From Amoeboaphelidium protococcarum X5 (taxonomy: Eukaryota > Fungi > Aphelidiomycota): a stretch of 64,000 nt of DNA. The position numbers and the translations under genes were made by a program. Location: positions 661,768 to 725,767 of the forward strand of contig JALDTO010000208.1 in assembly GCA_023515725.1 (NCBI GenBank). Direction: 5' to 3'. The notes beneath the pieces are model-generated. The model ran no database searches, was not told the DNA's origin, and saw nothing but the letters and a program-made list of their open reading frames with translations. How positions within the stretch are numbered: position 1 is the first letter of the stretch; each line of letters opens with the position of its first letter. This document shows, piece after piece, positions 39,926 through 51,663 of this stretch.

Positions 39926-40526
39926 TAAGACTTTCTGATTGATTATGTGTTTTGATTATTTTGAAATAGTTATATTTGATAGACTTGCGTTTTTATAAGT
40001 CTTCGCATGACTGACTTTAAGACATTTGATGAATAGTTGTATCTGATATAGGATTACTTGACTTGATCTTAGATATGCCAAGTAGAACAACATTCTATTA
40101 AATAGCGGGCAGATGTTTCATAGTCCTTAGAGATTGCTTGCTATAAGACAAATCTTCTATCTTTAATAATGCTGCTTATTAGTCGTCACAATTTCTATAC
40201 TTGATAAGCTAATCAAGGCGTATAATTGCATTAAATTTGCCATCTGTAGAAAATTACATACATGGTTGTACTGTATGATTGATCATCGAGCAAAGCGTTA
40301 TAGTAACAATTACTGGTTGATCTTCACGCGTCACTTCCGCCTATCGGTTGTCAAGTTGAAACAATGGGGAACCATCTTCGCAACACCAACTCATCAGGTT
40401 ATATTTAGTGTGAATTATTATAGATTCTAGTAGGCTCATCCACCACAAGTTGACACTATTTATTAAATCGATACATCAGCCTGTCAATAATATCTAATCA
40501 CCCATAAATATTACAATTGTTGCGAA

Positions 40527-43500
40527 ATGCATGGAGACTCTAATTAAGGCGGTTTACCTGAAAAGAATGAGCATCTACCAGATAGCCTAAATGGTCAGAA
40601 ATTGAATGTAAAAATGGAAGATTAAGACAGTGTAGAAAGTATGTATATCGCTTAGTCTGAGGCGCTGCAGGTGAGAAGTAAGTTGACCCACAGTCAGTCT
40701 GAAGCAGATTATTCAGCTCCGACAATCTTTTAACACGGAGCGGTTGTGAATAATCAGTTTAGCGGTGTAAAGTTGGCAATGTTGGACACATCATAGTCTG
40801 TACCAAATTCGCACGCAAATTACCTACGCTCTAGTTTCGATAATGCTGCATTGTCTCCCTTGTAACAGTAGCAACATGGTGCCTCTGCATTGTCGCCCAT
40901 TTCATCTTCTTTCAGTGCTAGTGGTGGTGGCGTATTGGATTTTGCATCTCTCCTAAAATAAAATAGTCTATTTGCATCTATATCCCGCGATGGTAATGAC
41001 TCTGCGGCTCAGTAGTAATTCATAGACTCAATAGCTGCCAAGATGCGAATTCGCAACTACCAAGTTGGAGATGTCATTATTCGAGAAGGAGATATTGGTA
41101 AAGCGTTATTTCTGGTTGCTCGCGGTGTTGTTACGGTCTTGTCTAAGGATAATGAAATGGTGTACGCTGATCTTGGACCGGGCACCTTTGTAGGAGAGAT
41201 TGGAGTCTTGTTTGATATTCCCCGCACAGCCAATGTGGTGGCAAAGTCAAGGTGTATGCTGGCTGTGTTGACACAATAGGAGTTTCTGTAAATTGTCAAC
41301 AAGTACACTGAGTTTGCTGATGACTTGAGATTTGAAGCTGAGAGACGTTATAATTCTTTGATGTAGCAGAAAAAGATTAAGACTTCATTATTTGATAGTC
41401 TTAATAAAGCCACTCTGTCTTGCGATGCTGGAGAATAACATTAAGTTGCATTGGATTGGATATAAGATGTACTGGCTAATACTGCTGAATTACATACGTT
41501 ATCAAAAGGTGATTATGTTTACACTCAAGATCAGGCTCTTGATAAAGACTATTGCCTGTATGTTGTGAAAAGTGGCCAAGTTTGTCTGATGAGGCATGAA
41601 AGAGATCATATCTATCTTAATATGACTGACGGTTGTTTCTTTGGAGAGGAGAATGCAGTAATTTAGGTTGGTATCGCGAGTATAGTTGAAAAAGAGAGCT
41701 ATTACTCCTCCGCTTTAGTGCTCTCTGACAGTCTCACTTATTACAAGCTGAGTGCGGTTGAAGTTAAGTGGATTTAGGCGAAGCATCCAGAACTCCGTGA
41801 AAAGCTTTCAAATGCGTATGAACGCGTCAAGCATTGGGATGAATTGATTAATAGACCATCATCTGACTTAAATCCTATGGTTAGAAAGAAGAGTTTTTTG
41901 GCACTTAGTAGAATGCATTTAGACGGTGCTGTATCTCCCGGTGTATCCCTTGGTGCATCTAGTGACTATTTGTAGATGAATTAGCAGCAGTCGCCAGGTG
42001 AGATGAAATTGATGACTTAGAATACCTCACTAACACCTGGACGGTATCCATAAGGCCTCTCAGAAACTGCTGCATAATATTCACGAAGTATGTCAGCCGA
42101 ATCCCAGTAATAGTCAACGATGTAACGAGCCATTGAGCAGCATTTATCGGCAGAGATGCGGCGTTCTTCTACTGCTAGCTCATTCTCATCATCTTAGTCA
42201 TCTGCGGCTGTTGCTGGTCTGTTCACGGCACGCCCCAATGAGTCTACTATTGGCTTTGGTGGTGCTGGATCTTTTGCTAATTCTATCTCAAGTTCACGTC
42301 GCTTCAGTGAGCTTGGAGACATTATACCAAGATAAGCAACTCCCTAGGTGGAATTGAAACTGATATCTCCATAATCTGCTTAGTCTTAGTCTCCCCGGTC
42401 TCAGTCACTGTCTTCAATCAAACAGGGATCGGCGAACGTGTCATAGAGCCCACTTGGTAGTTCAAAGTCATTGATAAGCAGAGACATCAATCAATCTCCA
42501 GGATAAAGTGCAGAATCATTAAAGCAAGGCGAAAGAAATGACCGTAGTGGTACAAGGAATGCGCTCAGTTTAGAGCAAGTAGTCGCAGATAATGAGGAGG
42601 AGATAGACTACCAAGCATAATGCAGTTCTGATTTGTCGTCAGAGTATTCTGATGAAATGATGGATGATTTTGAGCAGGGAAGTGACCAGTAAAGACAATC
42701 ACAGACGTCATCAAAGAAAAACTATGCGTCAAGAATGTCTCATCTAGTAGCCTCAGATCCTACTAGGCGACGTGCATCGATTGCTGTATGGACCGACTAA
42801 AAGATGGCAGCGATGGCCCAACAGAAAACTGTATAGACTTTGCCGTAAACACCAGTATCAATCCTACCATCCAGAAGAATGGCGTCAGTTCTTTCTCCTG
42901 CTTATACTGCTGATAATGATAATGCATCTTCTGCTGGCTCAAGCCTCCAGTCGTTAGACGATGATGGTGGCGACACTGATAATCTCAGCTCCAATTATCA
43001 GATACTTACTGAGGTTTTCAGATGGTTAAGTTTCAAGTAAAGATGGAATCTTCGCGTTGTCACCAAGAAATGGAAATCTATAATTTAGACTTCGTACAAT
43101 CTGGTTAATACGGTTGATTTGCAAGACTTTGCAAAGAGTATTGACGATGCGGCTCTAGAGACTATACTGTCTTCTCTCGGGTCATCTGTAGAGACTCTGA
43201 TCATTAAGAACTGCTGGAAAATCACCAACAATGGAATGAAGATTATCGGCTAGTATTGCAAGTAGCTCCAAGTTTTAGATATGTGTGGCTGCTGGGAAGT
43301 CACAGATGATGGGCTTATGGCAATGTCTATTGGTTGTAAATTCCTCAAGGGCATAGATTTGTCAAGTTGCAGAAAGATTACAGATGCTGGCATCTTTTCG
43401 CTACTCAACAATTGCACCTCTATGCATGATCTATACCTATCGTACTGTAAAGCTCTCACCGACAACATCCTGGTGTACCTGTCCTAGATGAGTCCTAATA

Positions 43501-44087
43501 TACGCAGGATCAATTTGCAAAGATGTCTGGGCATCACCGACCAAGGTTTTACTCTATTTTCTGGCATTGAGACAAATCTTATGGTGTATCAAAAGCTGTA
43601 AGAATTGCTATTGAATGACTGCTCGTTCCTCAGTGACTCTGCTTTGGAAGATATCTCATTTTCATGCCCAAATTTGAAAATACTGAACGTCAGTTTCTGT
43701 TGTGCGCTGACTGATGTCTCATGGGCGTACCTGACTGAGAGGTGTAAGAGAATGCGCATATTGGACGCGTCATTTTGTGGCAATGCGGTAACTGATGAAG
43801 CACTCCTACTGATGGCCACCTCTTGGAATGAGTTGTAAGCATTATCTATCCGCGGCTGTGCTAAAGTAACTGATGAGGGTGTGAGACATTTGGCGCATCA
43901 CGCTCACAATCTCAAGAAATTGAATGTAAGTGCATGTAAAGGGGTGAGTTCAGATAATTTCGTGGACATTGCTGTTCCATGGAAGTTTTTGAGTGCTCAA
44001 ATCTCCGTGATTGACAGTGCGGGAATTGGTGGGACATCGCCCGAAGCATTTGGCAGTTCTCACATCAGACGTTTCACAGCGCCTTGA
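40527..44087 (+). CDS. Cyclic-nucleotide-binding, F-box, LRR protein
   Basis: 1186 aa. CNB domain (IIREGDIG..GEIGVLFDIPRTANV), second degenerate CNB (FFGEE), PKA-type RRRAS site, F-box (LTEVFRWL..LRVVTKKW), cysteine-containing LRRs. Confidence 0.88.
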
Positions 44088-44282
44088 TTGTGGTCGTTAC
44101 TGTTGGTATACAGAATGTATGTCTTGTGCTTATGGTGTGATAGTAATACATTTCATAGAATAGTTTATTCATAAAATTCGATATTGCACGTATATTGTCT
44201 AATTTACACCTCTTTTCACTGTTCATACACTTCACGGAAATATTATTACTTTTTACCACGGTATATTGGATATAGAATTGCA

Positions 44283-44744
44283 ATGGGAAACGAAATCATT
44301 GACAAAGACACTACATAAGCAGTGATTTCCACCACTTTACTCAGTAATGTTAGACTGACATTGAATAAAAGCTTTTAGAACTACACCATTTTGACTTTGA
44401 CGTAATATGACGCTCTTGGAAACTTTGTAAGTTCGTAATTTCGCTTTATAATACAGGTTCTAATCCTTATATTTTTCAGGTAGGTACAAGTTGAACATAA
44501 TGGTAATGTCAAGCTGCTGATTGGAGCAAGTGATCCTGAAGATACACGTACAGTGTTGTTGCAGGCCTTTATTGAAATGCTGTTGATCAAGATGTATTAA
44601 AAGAACTTTCACTCTGAACTCAGGTTCCCTCTGCTATTAAGCTGCAGTTTAAAAGGTCCTGAGGAGAGCCAGTCACTTACAACTCATCAATGGCTCTAAG
44701 ATTTAGTTAATGAAGTGGCAAATAGTGTTGGTCATTTTGAATGA
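44283..44744 (+). CDS. PSMG3: Proteasome assembly chaperone 3-like; intron ~44427-44483
   Basis: FQNYTILTLTQYDALGNF|VQVEH..VKLLIG..PLLLSCSLK matches the PAC3 pattern. GTAAGT donor and CTAAT branch-like site. Confidence 0.6.
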
Positions 44745-44961
44745 ACTGTTAATACATGGAATCTTCAGCCTTTGTGCGCGATATATATTTACGGGCGGTG
44801 ATCGTTTCTCTACCTCTGCTTTACTGTAGTCTATAAATAGCACATCACTATCACGTACGACCACATTTTATTTTTATACCATCACCTTCATCATCCTCTT
44901 TCTACTCTTCTATAAATTTGTTACATATTAATCTCGAGTGAATACGTTATAAACTTGCGAC

Positions 44962-46407
44962 ATGTAAATATTATCTTCTGCTCTGACTGCAATTCTGCTG
45001 GTGGCGCTTCCAATCGTGCGTGGTGATCTCAAGGTCAACACTGAGGCATCTGCAACTGTCGGCTTATCAAATATTAATCTGCTATTCTCCAAATCTGATA
45101 GAGTGAGCAGCTACTATCTGGGTGGCTCTCGCTTCAACTCCACTACTAATGGAGCTGGGGCGGTATTATAACGTTACAACGCTAGCAATAATGCATTGAT
45201 CTGGACTGTTACTTTGGGTGGTGTAAATGGCACCTAATCTGAATTTCGTAACTTGAACATTTCTTCTAGCTTGATCTATGCAGTTGGTCGTACGAATGGC
45301 AACGTTGATACAAGCGGTGTTGGTGGAAAGTAGGGTGGTTACGATGCATTTCTTGCTATCATTGATCAAGTGAACGGCACTGTGTACAGTGTCTATTAGT
45401 ATGGCTCTGCTGGAGATGATGCGGGTGATGTCGTCCTTGCTAACGATCAAACTGTTTATGGTCAGTATTCTGGTAATAATATTGAGTTTAATAAGTTAGT
45501 CGTCCTGGGCAATAGTATCTCGTTCTCTCAGACTAATGCTAATCCTTTTAATGCATCGGTGACTGCAAAGTCTTACTTCAATTATAGGGCTAATTTGGGT
45601 AGTAGCGCGCTGATCGGATCAACTGATAAGAAAATCTATGACCAGACCGTATTTGGGGGTATGGATGTTTATGTCGTTAGCATGACGCCTGGCGGTACTT
45701 ATCTATCTGGTGCTACTTTCGGTACTTCTGGAGACGATTTGGTAAACGATGCTATGTTTGATCCAGTGCATGCTAACGGTACCATTTTCGTGGTCGGAAG
45801 CACTACTGGTACATTTCCTAATTAGGCAGCAAACACTGGAAAATAGGCATTTCTGATGGCTGTTGATTAGTATGGCAATAAGACCTCCTGGACTACGTAG
45901 TTTGGCTCTAGTGGTAACGACTCTGCCACTGCTGTGTACCATAACTAAGCAAGACAGAAGATCTTGGTAATTGGAAACAGCGCTACTTCCTCCTGGATCG
46001 CGCGCTTCGATTATAACGGAAATTTGGAGCAGAAGATTGATATTAACAGCGGTGTCGCCATTGGTTTTATTCCAGTCTTGAGTACATCTGCCTAGACCAG
46101 TGGTTACGTTGCAGTTTAGTATTAGGCCGGTCAATCGTCCGCTAATGCTGCCCTGATCACATTCAGTGAGGACAATGTCATTGTTATTGTTGAGCAGCCA
46201 AGCGTTGTCAATATCGCTCTGATCGTTGGCGCGAGCCTGGGTGGCATGATATTCTGCTGCGGTTTTGTTGGTGGTCTGATCTGGTACCTGTAGAGATTGA
46301 TTAACATCAACAAGAAGAAGGCAGGATTCTCTGAGATTGCAAGTCCTGTTAGTCCGGGACCATCGCCATTCCAGGCTTCATCTGATGCTAAGATGTTGCA
46401 GGCTTGA
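44962..46407 (+). CDS. Type I membrane protein with SBBP-like beta-propeller repeats
   Basis: Starts ATG TAA (MQILSSALTAILLVALPIVRG signal peptide). Repeats GGYDAFLAII..QYGSAGDD, GGMDVYVVSM..FGTSGDD and QAFLMAVD..QFGSSGND. TM at IALIVGASLGGMIFCCGFVGGLIWYL. Confidence 0.8.
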
Positions 46408-46555
46408 GTTTGGCCGGGGATGAAGATGTAAAGGTGAGTAGTTGAAATTTTGATGAACATGTGTTGAAATACAAACATGATGAAGATAGCATTTAGTTTT
46501 CATCTTTTGCAATTAGTTTTTTATTATTCAGCTGAGTTGTATAAAGCGTAAAAGA

Positions 46556-47524
46556 ATGTCGTAGCCCTGGCTTGAATAGTAGTTTATAAAAATGTCATAA
46601 TCTCACAGGGACTTCATGGGCTCCGAAATTGAGCGATTAGTATGCATGCCGCCTTTATTAAATTTGTGTAAGCGAATCTACAAAAATCATCCATTTGTGA
46701 TATCGAACGCGTCCCCTCTTCTGCCTGGAATTGCATCATCTGATATGCTTGATCGACTCAAGGATAACTATTGTACTGTGTCCCTGACTCCAGATGGACT
46801 GGCTGACTGTGTAATAAGCGGCCCCAATGACGAATTGATGTTAGCGCTGCCATACGAGACACGCGTCAAGTTTTCGGAAGCTATTAAGATGATCAAGGAA
46901 TCTAGACGCGGCCAGAAAGTAGCCTACATATAGTCTCAGAATGATAATATCCACTCAGAATTTAATGCTATACGCGATTGTATACATGAGAATGTTCCTG
47001 TAGTGGCAGATGTGATGGAGTCTTCACCTGAGGCTATAAATTTATGGATTGGAAGTGAACAGAGCATATCATCGCTTCACTGTGATCATTACGAGAATTT
47101 CTATTACGTACTTGAAGGAAGTAAAGTATTCACTCTGTTTCCTCCGATTGATTCTTATTTCATGACATAAGATCAATACAACGTTGGACAATATGACGCC
47201 AGTTTACATTTGAAGCATAATGGTTAACAGGCAAGCTGGTCTACCCTTAATCCTTCAGTTCTGACGCAAAAGATTCTAAACTCTGCTTCGAGTAAATCAT
47301 TATCTACATTTCCGCGTCCTTACATAGTTGAAGTTAAAGCCGGTGAAATGTTGTATCTTCCTTCTCTGTGGTTTCACCAGGTTGAATAAAAAACGGATGA
47401 TCGCTCGTAACTTTGTGTAGCTATAAACTATTGGTATGATATGGAATTTGGCACTAACTATTGCCTTGGTGAGACTCTGCGTGATATTTCCTCGAGTTAC
47501 GAACCGACGATCAAAGGCAGATGA
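46556..47524 (+). CDS. JMJD7: JmjC hydroxylase JMJD7-like
   Basis: VSLTPDGLAD, YIQSQNDN, AINLWIG..SSLHCDHYEN, GEMLYLPSLWFHQV and NYWYDMEF. Confidence 0.88.
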
Positions 47525-47767
47525 CGAATCAGTGAAACATCATTTTTATGTAGGCAGATTACTTTAGGTATAATAGATAATATGTAAGTAGTTGGTGCGT
47601 TTCCGAAGCTAGGCGTGATAATGCCGAAGATCAATTGAATGATTCTATCATCTGATCTCTACTCGTTGCCAGGAGCTATATATAACACTAAGAAATCAGA
47701 ATGATTCGCGTCTGATTATAACAATTCACTCATTAATAAATCATCAGAAAGTCAAACTCTAAAATTG

Positions 47768-48580
47768 ATGGACGCTAAAGGGCAATAACAGTAGAATCCG
47801 CAGTATCTTAATAGCAATCAATACGCTCCTCAGTAGGCGATTTCAGAGAAGCATCAAAATATTGGCGGAAATGTCTAGCAATAGTGGCAATAGCAAGGTG
47901 TCCAGTATGGTCTTCCGACGATGTAGCAATCTTAGAATGCACCGTACTTTCCACCGCAATATACAGCTGCCCCGCAAAATAATTTATTGATGCCTATTGT
48001 GGATGGAAAGTTTTGCATGCAACAGCAAACCTACTTCATCATGTAGAATATCTCTGGCGCTTTCTCTGGTCAAGATTACCAAGTTCATGATTAATTAGGG
48101 CGCCTATGGTTTAAGCTGGAGAGTTAAGCCTTTTCAGGCAAAGGTCTCAAGACTCTATTTGACTCTTATGGTTAGCCTGTGTTGAGCTTGAAGCGAAATG
48201 TTTTCAGCTGTAATATGAAGTATCGAGCTTACTTTCCTGGGAGTGACAACAATATAGTATTCGTATTTAATCCCAAAATATGGTCACTGACTCCGAAGGT
48301 GGAGATATTCTTGGGTTATAGCAAGGCTAAAAAGCCAGACTTTATGCTGAGGGGGGCCTTTGGGAATAGGGATTTTCAGATATTTGATATTCGCAATGGC
48401 AATGAGTTTATGCTGGCATCAGTTACCAAATAGAGACCTTGGGAGAACATGAGTGCATTTCTCTCTAGTGGAATATTTGGTCTTGACACGTACTATATAA
48501 CGGTGAATCCTAATGCTGACGCGTCTTTCGTTGTATGTCTTTGCGCTCTATTTGATTAGAGATTTGACCAAAGGAAATGA
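47768..48580 (+). CDS. LURP-one / tubby-C-like (LOR) protein, paralog 1
   Basis: Gln/Pro-rich N-terminus, PIVDGKFC, GQDYQVHD, DTYYITVNPNADASFVVCLCALFD. Confidence 0.82.
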
Positions 48581-48753
48581 TAATATTGAGATTTGATCGA
48601 ATAAAGTTTACATTTGTTTGCTTTAAATTCTTCATATTCACATGCGTGACAGATTCAACCCCTCAAATCGCGTGTATGATTCGCAAACTTTGGTTACTCA
48701 AAGATACTCTGTCAAATTTATTTAACAGTTCATGATATAGAATTGCTATAAAG

Positions 48754-51492
48754 ATGCACCTTGCCATTGTGTTTTGCTGGGTATAAATTGCCTTCTACAA
48801 TGCTCTTCCATATGAAAAGCCAGTATTATAAATTGGCGCCATTTTGCGTGATCGATACGAGGTGATCAAATTTGTTGGTGAAGGAGGCGCTGGTCATGTC
48901 TATTAAGCCCGGGATTTACTAAATTAAAATGATGTTGCAATCAAAGCGCTTGTTCGTGGACCTGTAGCTGACATTGAAGTGAGAATGACTCCAAGATCGC
49001 GAATTAATGGTAGATGTATATCAATATTGGATAGTTTCTATCACGGAACAGATGTTTGTTGCATAGTTTATCCTTTACTAGCTTGTGATCTTTAAGCTTA
49101 CGCGTCTTCGCGACCACTATCAATAAATGGTCTCAGACAAGTCGGGTATGATGTTGCTTTGGCTATCAAACAAGCATTGATGCAGGATATAGTCCAAAAT
49201 GATGTGAAAACTGAAAATATACTCGTGGAGGATAACCAGGTGGATGACGATGCAGATCTGAGAGTGCAGTTGTCCGACTTTGGTGTTGCTTGTAGAAATA
49301 GTGTTCGTAATTTTTGGCATCGTCCGACTCCTTATATTGAAAGTCCTGAAATAACTCTTCTTGGACAAGGTTCCGTCTAATCTGATATTTGGTCATTTGG
49401 ATTGCTTCTTGTACAATTGTACTAGTGCACCGACAGGGAATTATTGAATGGATACTGCGTTATCTCAAGACTTTATGAAATTTAAACTTTACTAAATGAG
49501 CGTGTGCCTGATGTCTATAAGAAAGAAGTGTATTGGAATTTGGTTACTTAATCTCATTTAATGACTGATGACGATGGAACTAAAGCAAATGATGTTTATA
49601 CATACTTCCAATTACTTTGGTTAAAGGCGCGACATTTGGTGGGTTCATATTTCAATTTGATTGATGAAGATCCACTATTCGACTCGGATGCAATGCGGCG
49701 TTTTAAATTTGAGATATAATATCCCTTTAAAGGAGGCTTGCAGAAAATTATGCCAAAGCAACCTGGAACTGATGCGGAAGATTATTAATTTCCCTAACAC
49801 GCGAAAATGGCCGGGCAATCTGGTCCCGAATTTCCCGCGATCGTTTGTTTTACACTTCAAAACGGAATCCTGAGGTTGTCAACTTTGTTTCTCTTTCATC
49901 ACCATCAATTTTGAATACAACACATCATTTTTATAATATGGATCTAAAGAAGAACGTCTTTGTCAAGTTTGATGTCAATGAATTAAAGCATGCTCGTTGT
50001 AAGAATAAGAACGGGTGTATTAAATAATGCAGTCTAATGTACAATGAGGCAAAAGTTTCGTGATCTTTTGGTTAAAACAGAAGACTGTCTGCATGAAGAT
50101 TGGCACAGATATGAGGAGAGCAAGTAGACACTTGCAATTCAATTTGGCACATTCTTTTTGGCCGTGCACAAATAAGACGGTGGTGGTTTCAAAGCAGGCA
50201 GTCTCAAAACTGGATTTCGTGCATTGACGCGTTCTTTGAAGTTGGATGTCCCTGAAGCTTATCCTAATTTTATATTGACACGACACAAAGTACAATTGTG
50301 GACTTTATTTCAAGTAAAATTCAAGAATTTAAATCAACTGGAAAAGGAGATCGTGATCAGGATGGGCGTTTTATAAGATGATGAAGTTTTGGCAATCATT
50401 GAGTCTTTGGATCCAGATACCTCTGGAGGATGACTGAGACTGTTCGCGTTTTATATGAGTCTGTTTAGTGCCTTCCGTGGTTGTCAGCGCGTCACTATTA
50501 AGCGTCAGTTCTTTAGAAACATATTATTGACAAATTAATCGATAGTATGAGACATGCCGTTAGTCTCTAAACCTCTGTAGAGTCTAAACAACGTTTAAGC
50601 ATGTAATAATCCTCCTCCTCGTATGTAAGCCTCTCGTCAGAGCTCTAAACTATCTTTAAATGCAACTGCGTTTCCTTTAGCGACTAAGATTACTGATTAT
50701 GGCTCTATTGCTCACCAACATCCTTAAATGTAAGTCCCTGGCCCCTTTTTGGCTCAAGATGATATGTTCAATGGTGAAGACTTTGTTACTGGCCCTATTC
50801 GCAGAACTTCTAAAAAGTCAAGATCTAATGGCACTGTAAATCGTCTATCTAATGTCCATTATCAAAACAGGAACAGTATACAAGATCATACCAACACCAA
50901 AAATATCTATGCTGGTCCAAATTACAGTTATCATTTCCATATCCATTATGACAAGTGAAAAGCACTGGGTCCTTTAACAAGGTTGTGATGCGGACTATTG
51001 ACAGACTGAACGTGGACACAAAATAAAATCAATGAGAAGTATGCATTGCCGTAGCAATTTTCGCTTAGAGTCTGGGAAATTAGTGGGTAACCAGCCGCTT
51101 CAGCAGAGGGCATCCCGTTTATCGCAGTCACGAGCGCTCAAATTACCAATTGTCACTCCCAGGGTCGTTCCAATTCACAGTTTAAGCTAATTGCACTCAC
51201 TACGCTCGAGCAATTAATGTTCACTATTACACTCTCTTCGCTCGAGTAATAGTTCAGTGCGAAATCTTCATTCGCTCCGCTCATTCAGATTTCTGAAACA
51301 AAAGGTGGCGCTCGCGGGCGATTTCACGGGAATTGCCCGCTGACGCGGCCAATTACCCCATTAGAATAGCTTTGCGATTTGATTTAAAAATGTCTCCGAT
51401 GGTTGCCTCAAGATCGAATCACTGTCGATGAAATATTGTAACATCCATTTCTACTCAAAGCGAAACATCGTGAAAGCTCATAATACTTTTGA
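48754..51492 (+). pseudogene. Ser/Thr protein kinase with signal-peptide-like N-terminus, interrupted by an insertion at 49790-51367
   Basis: 48754-49789: GEGGAGHV, VAIK, QNDVKTENIL, DFG, SPE, SDIWSFG. 51367-51492 in the same frame: QLCDLIQKCLRWLPQDRITVDEILQHPFL (subdomain XI). Read-through into the insert stops at 49914. Confidence 0.85.
49790..51367 (+). mobile_element. Internally deleted Crypton-like (DUF3504/ZMYM-type tyrosine recombinase) element
   Basis: ~50050-50520 encodes FFLAVHKQDGGGFKAGSLKTGFRALTRSL...SLDPDTSGG*LRLFAFYMSLFSAFRG (in-frame TGA 50431, first catalytic Arg 50476). Later catalytic motifs are absent. AAT at both junctions, imperfect inverted ends, hairpin array 51148-51293. 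Confidence 0.75.
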
Positions 51493-51663
51493 GGTTTTGT
51501 ACTGCGTAGAAGTCGATGGTATTATGCTTGAAAACTCTGATTGGCTTATCATTAATACATGGCAATATGTACTTCCATGATTATGATTTCTAGTATATAA
51601 AATCATCTTTATATTCATTCCACAAGATACAAGCATAAATTAGTGTTAACTGACGCGTCAAGA

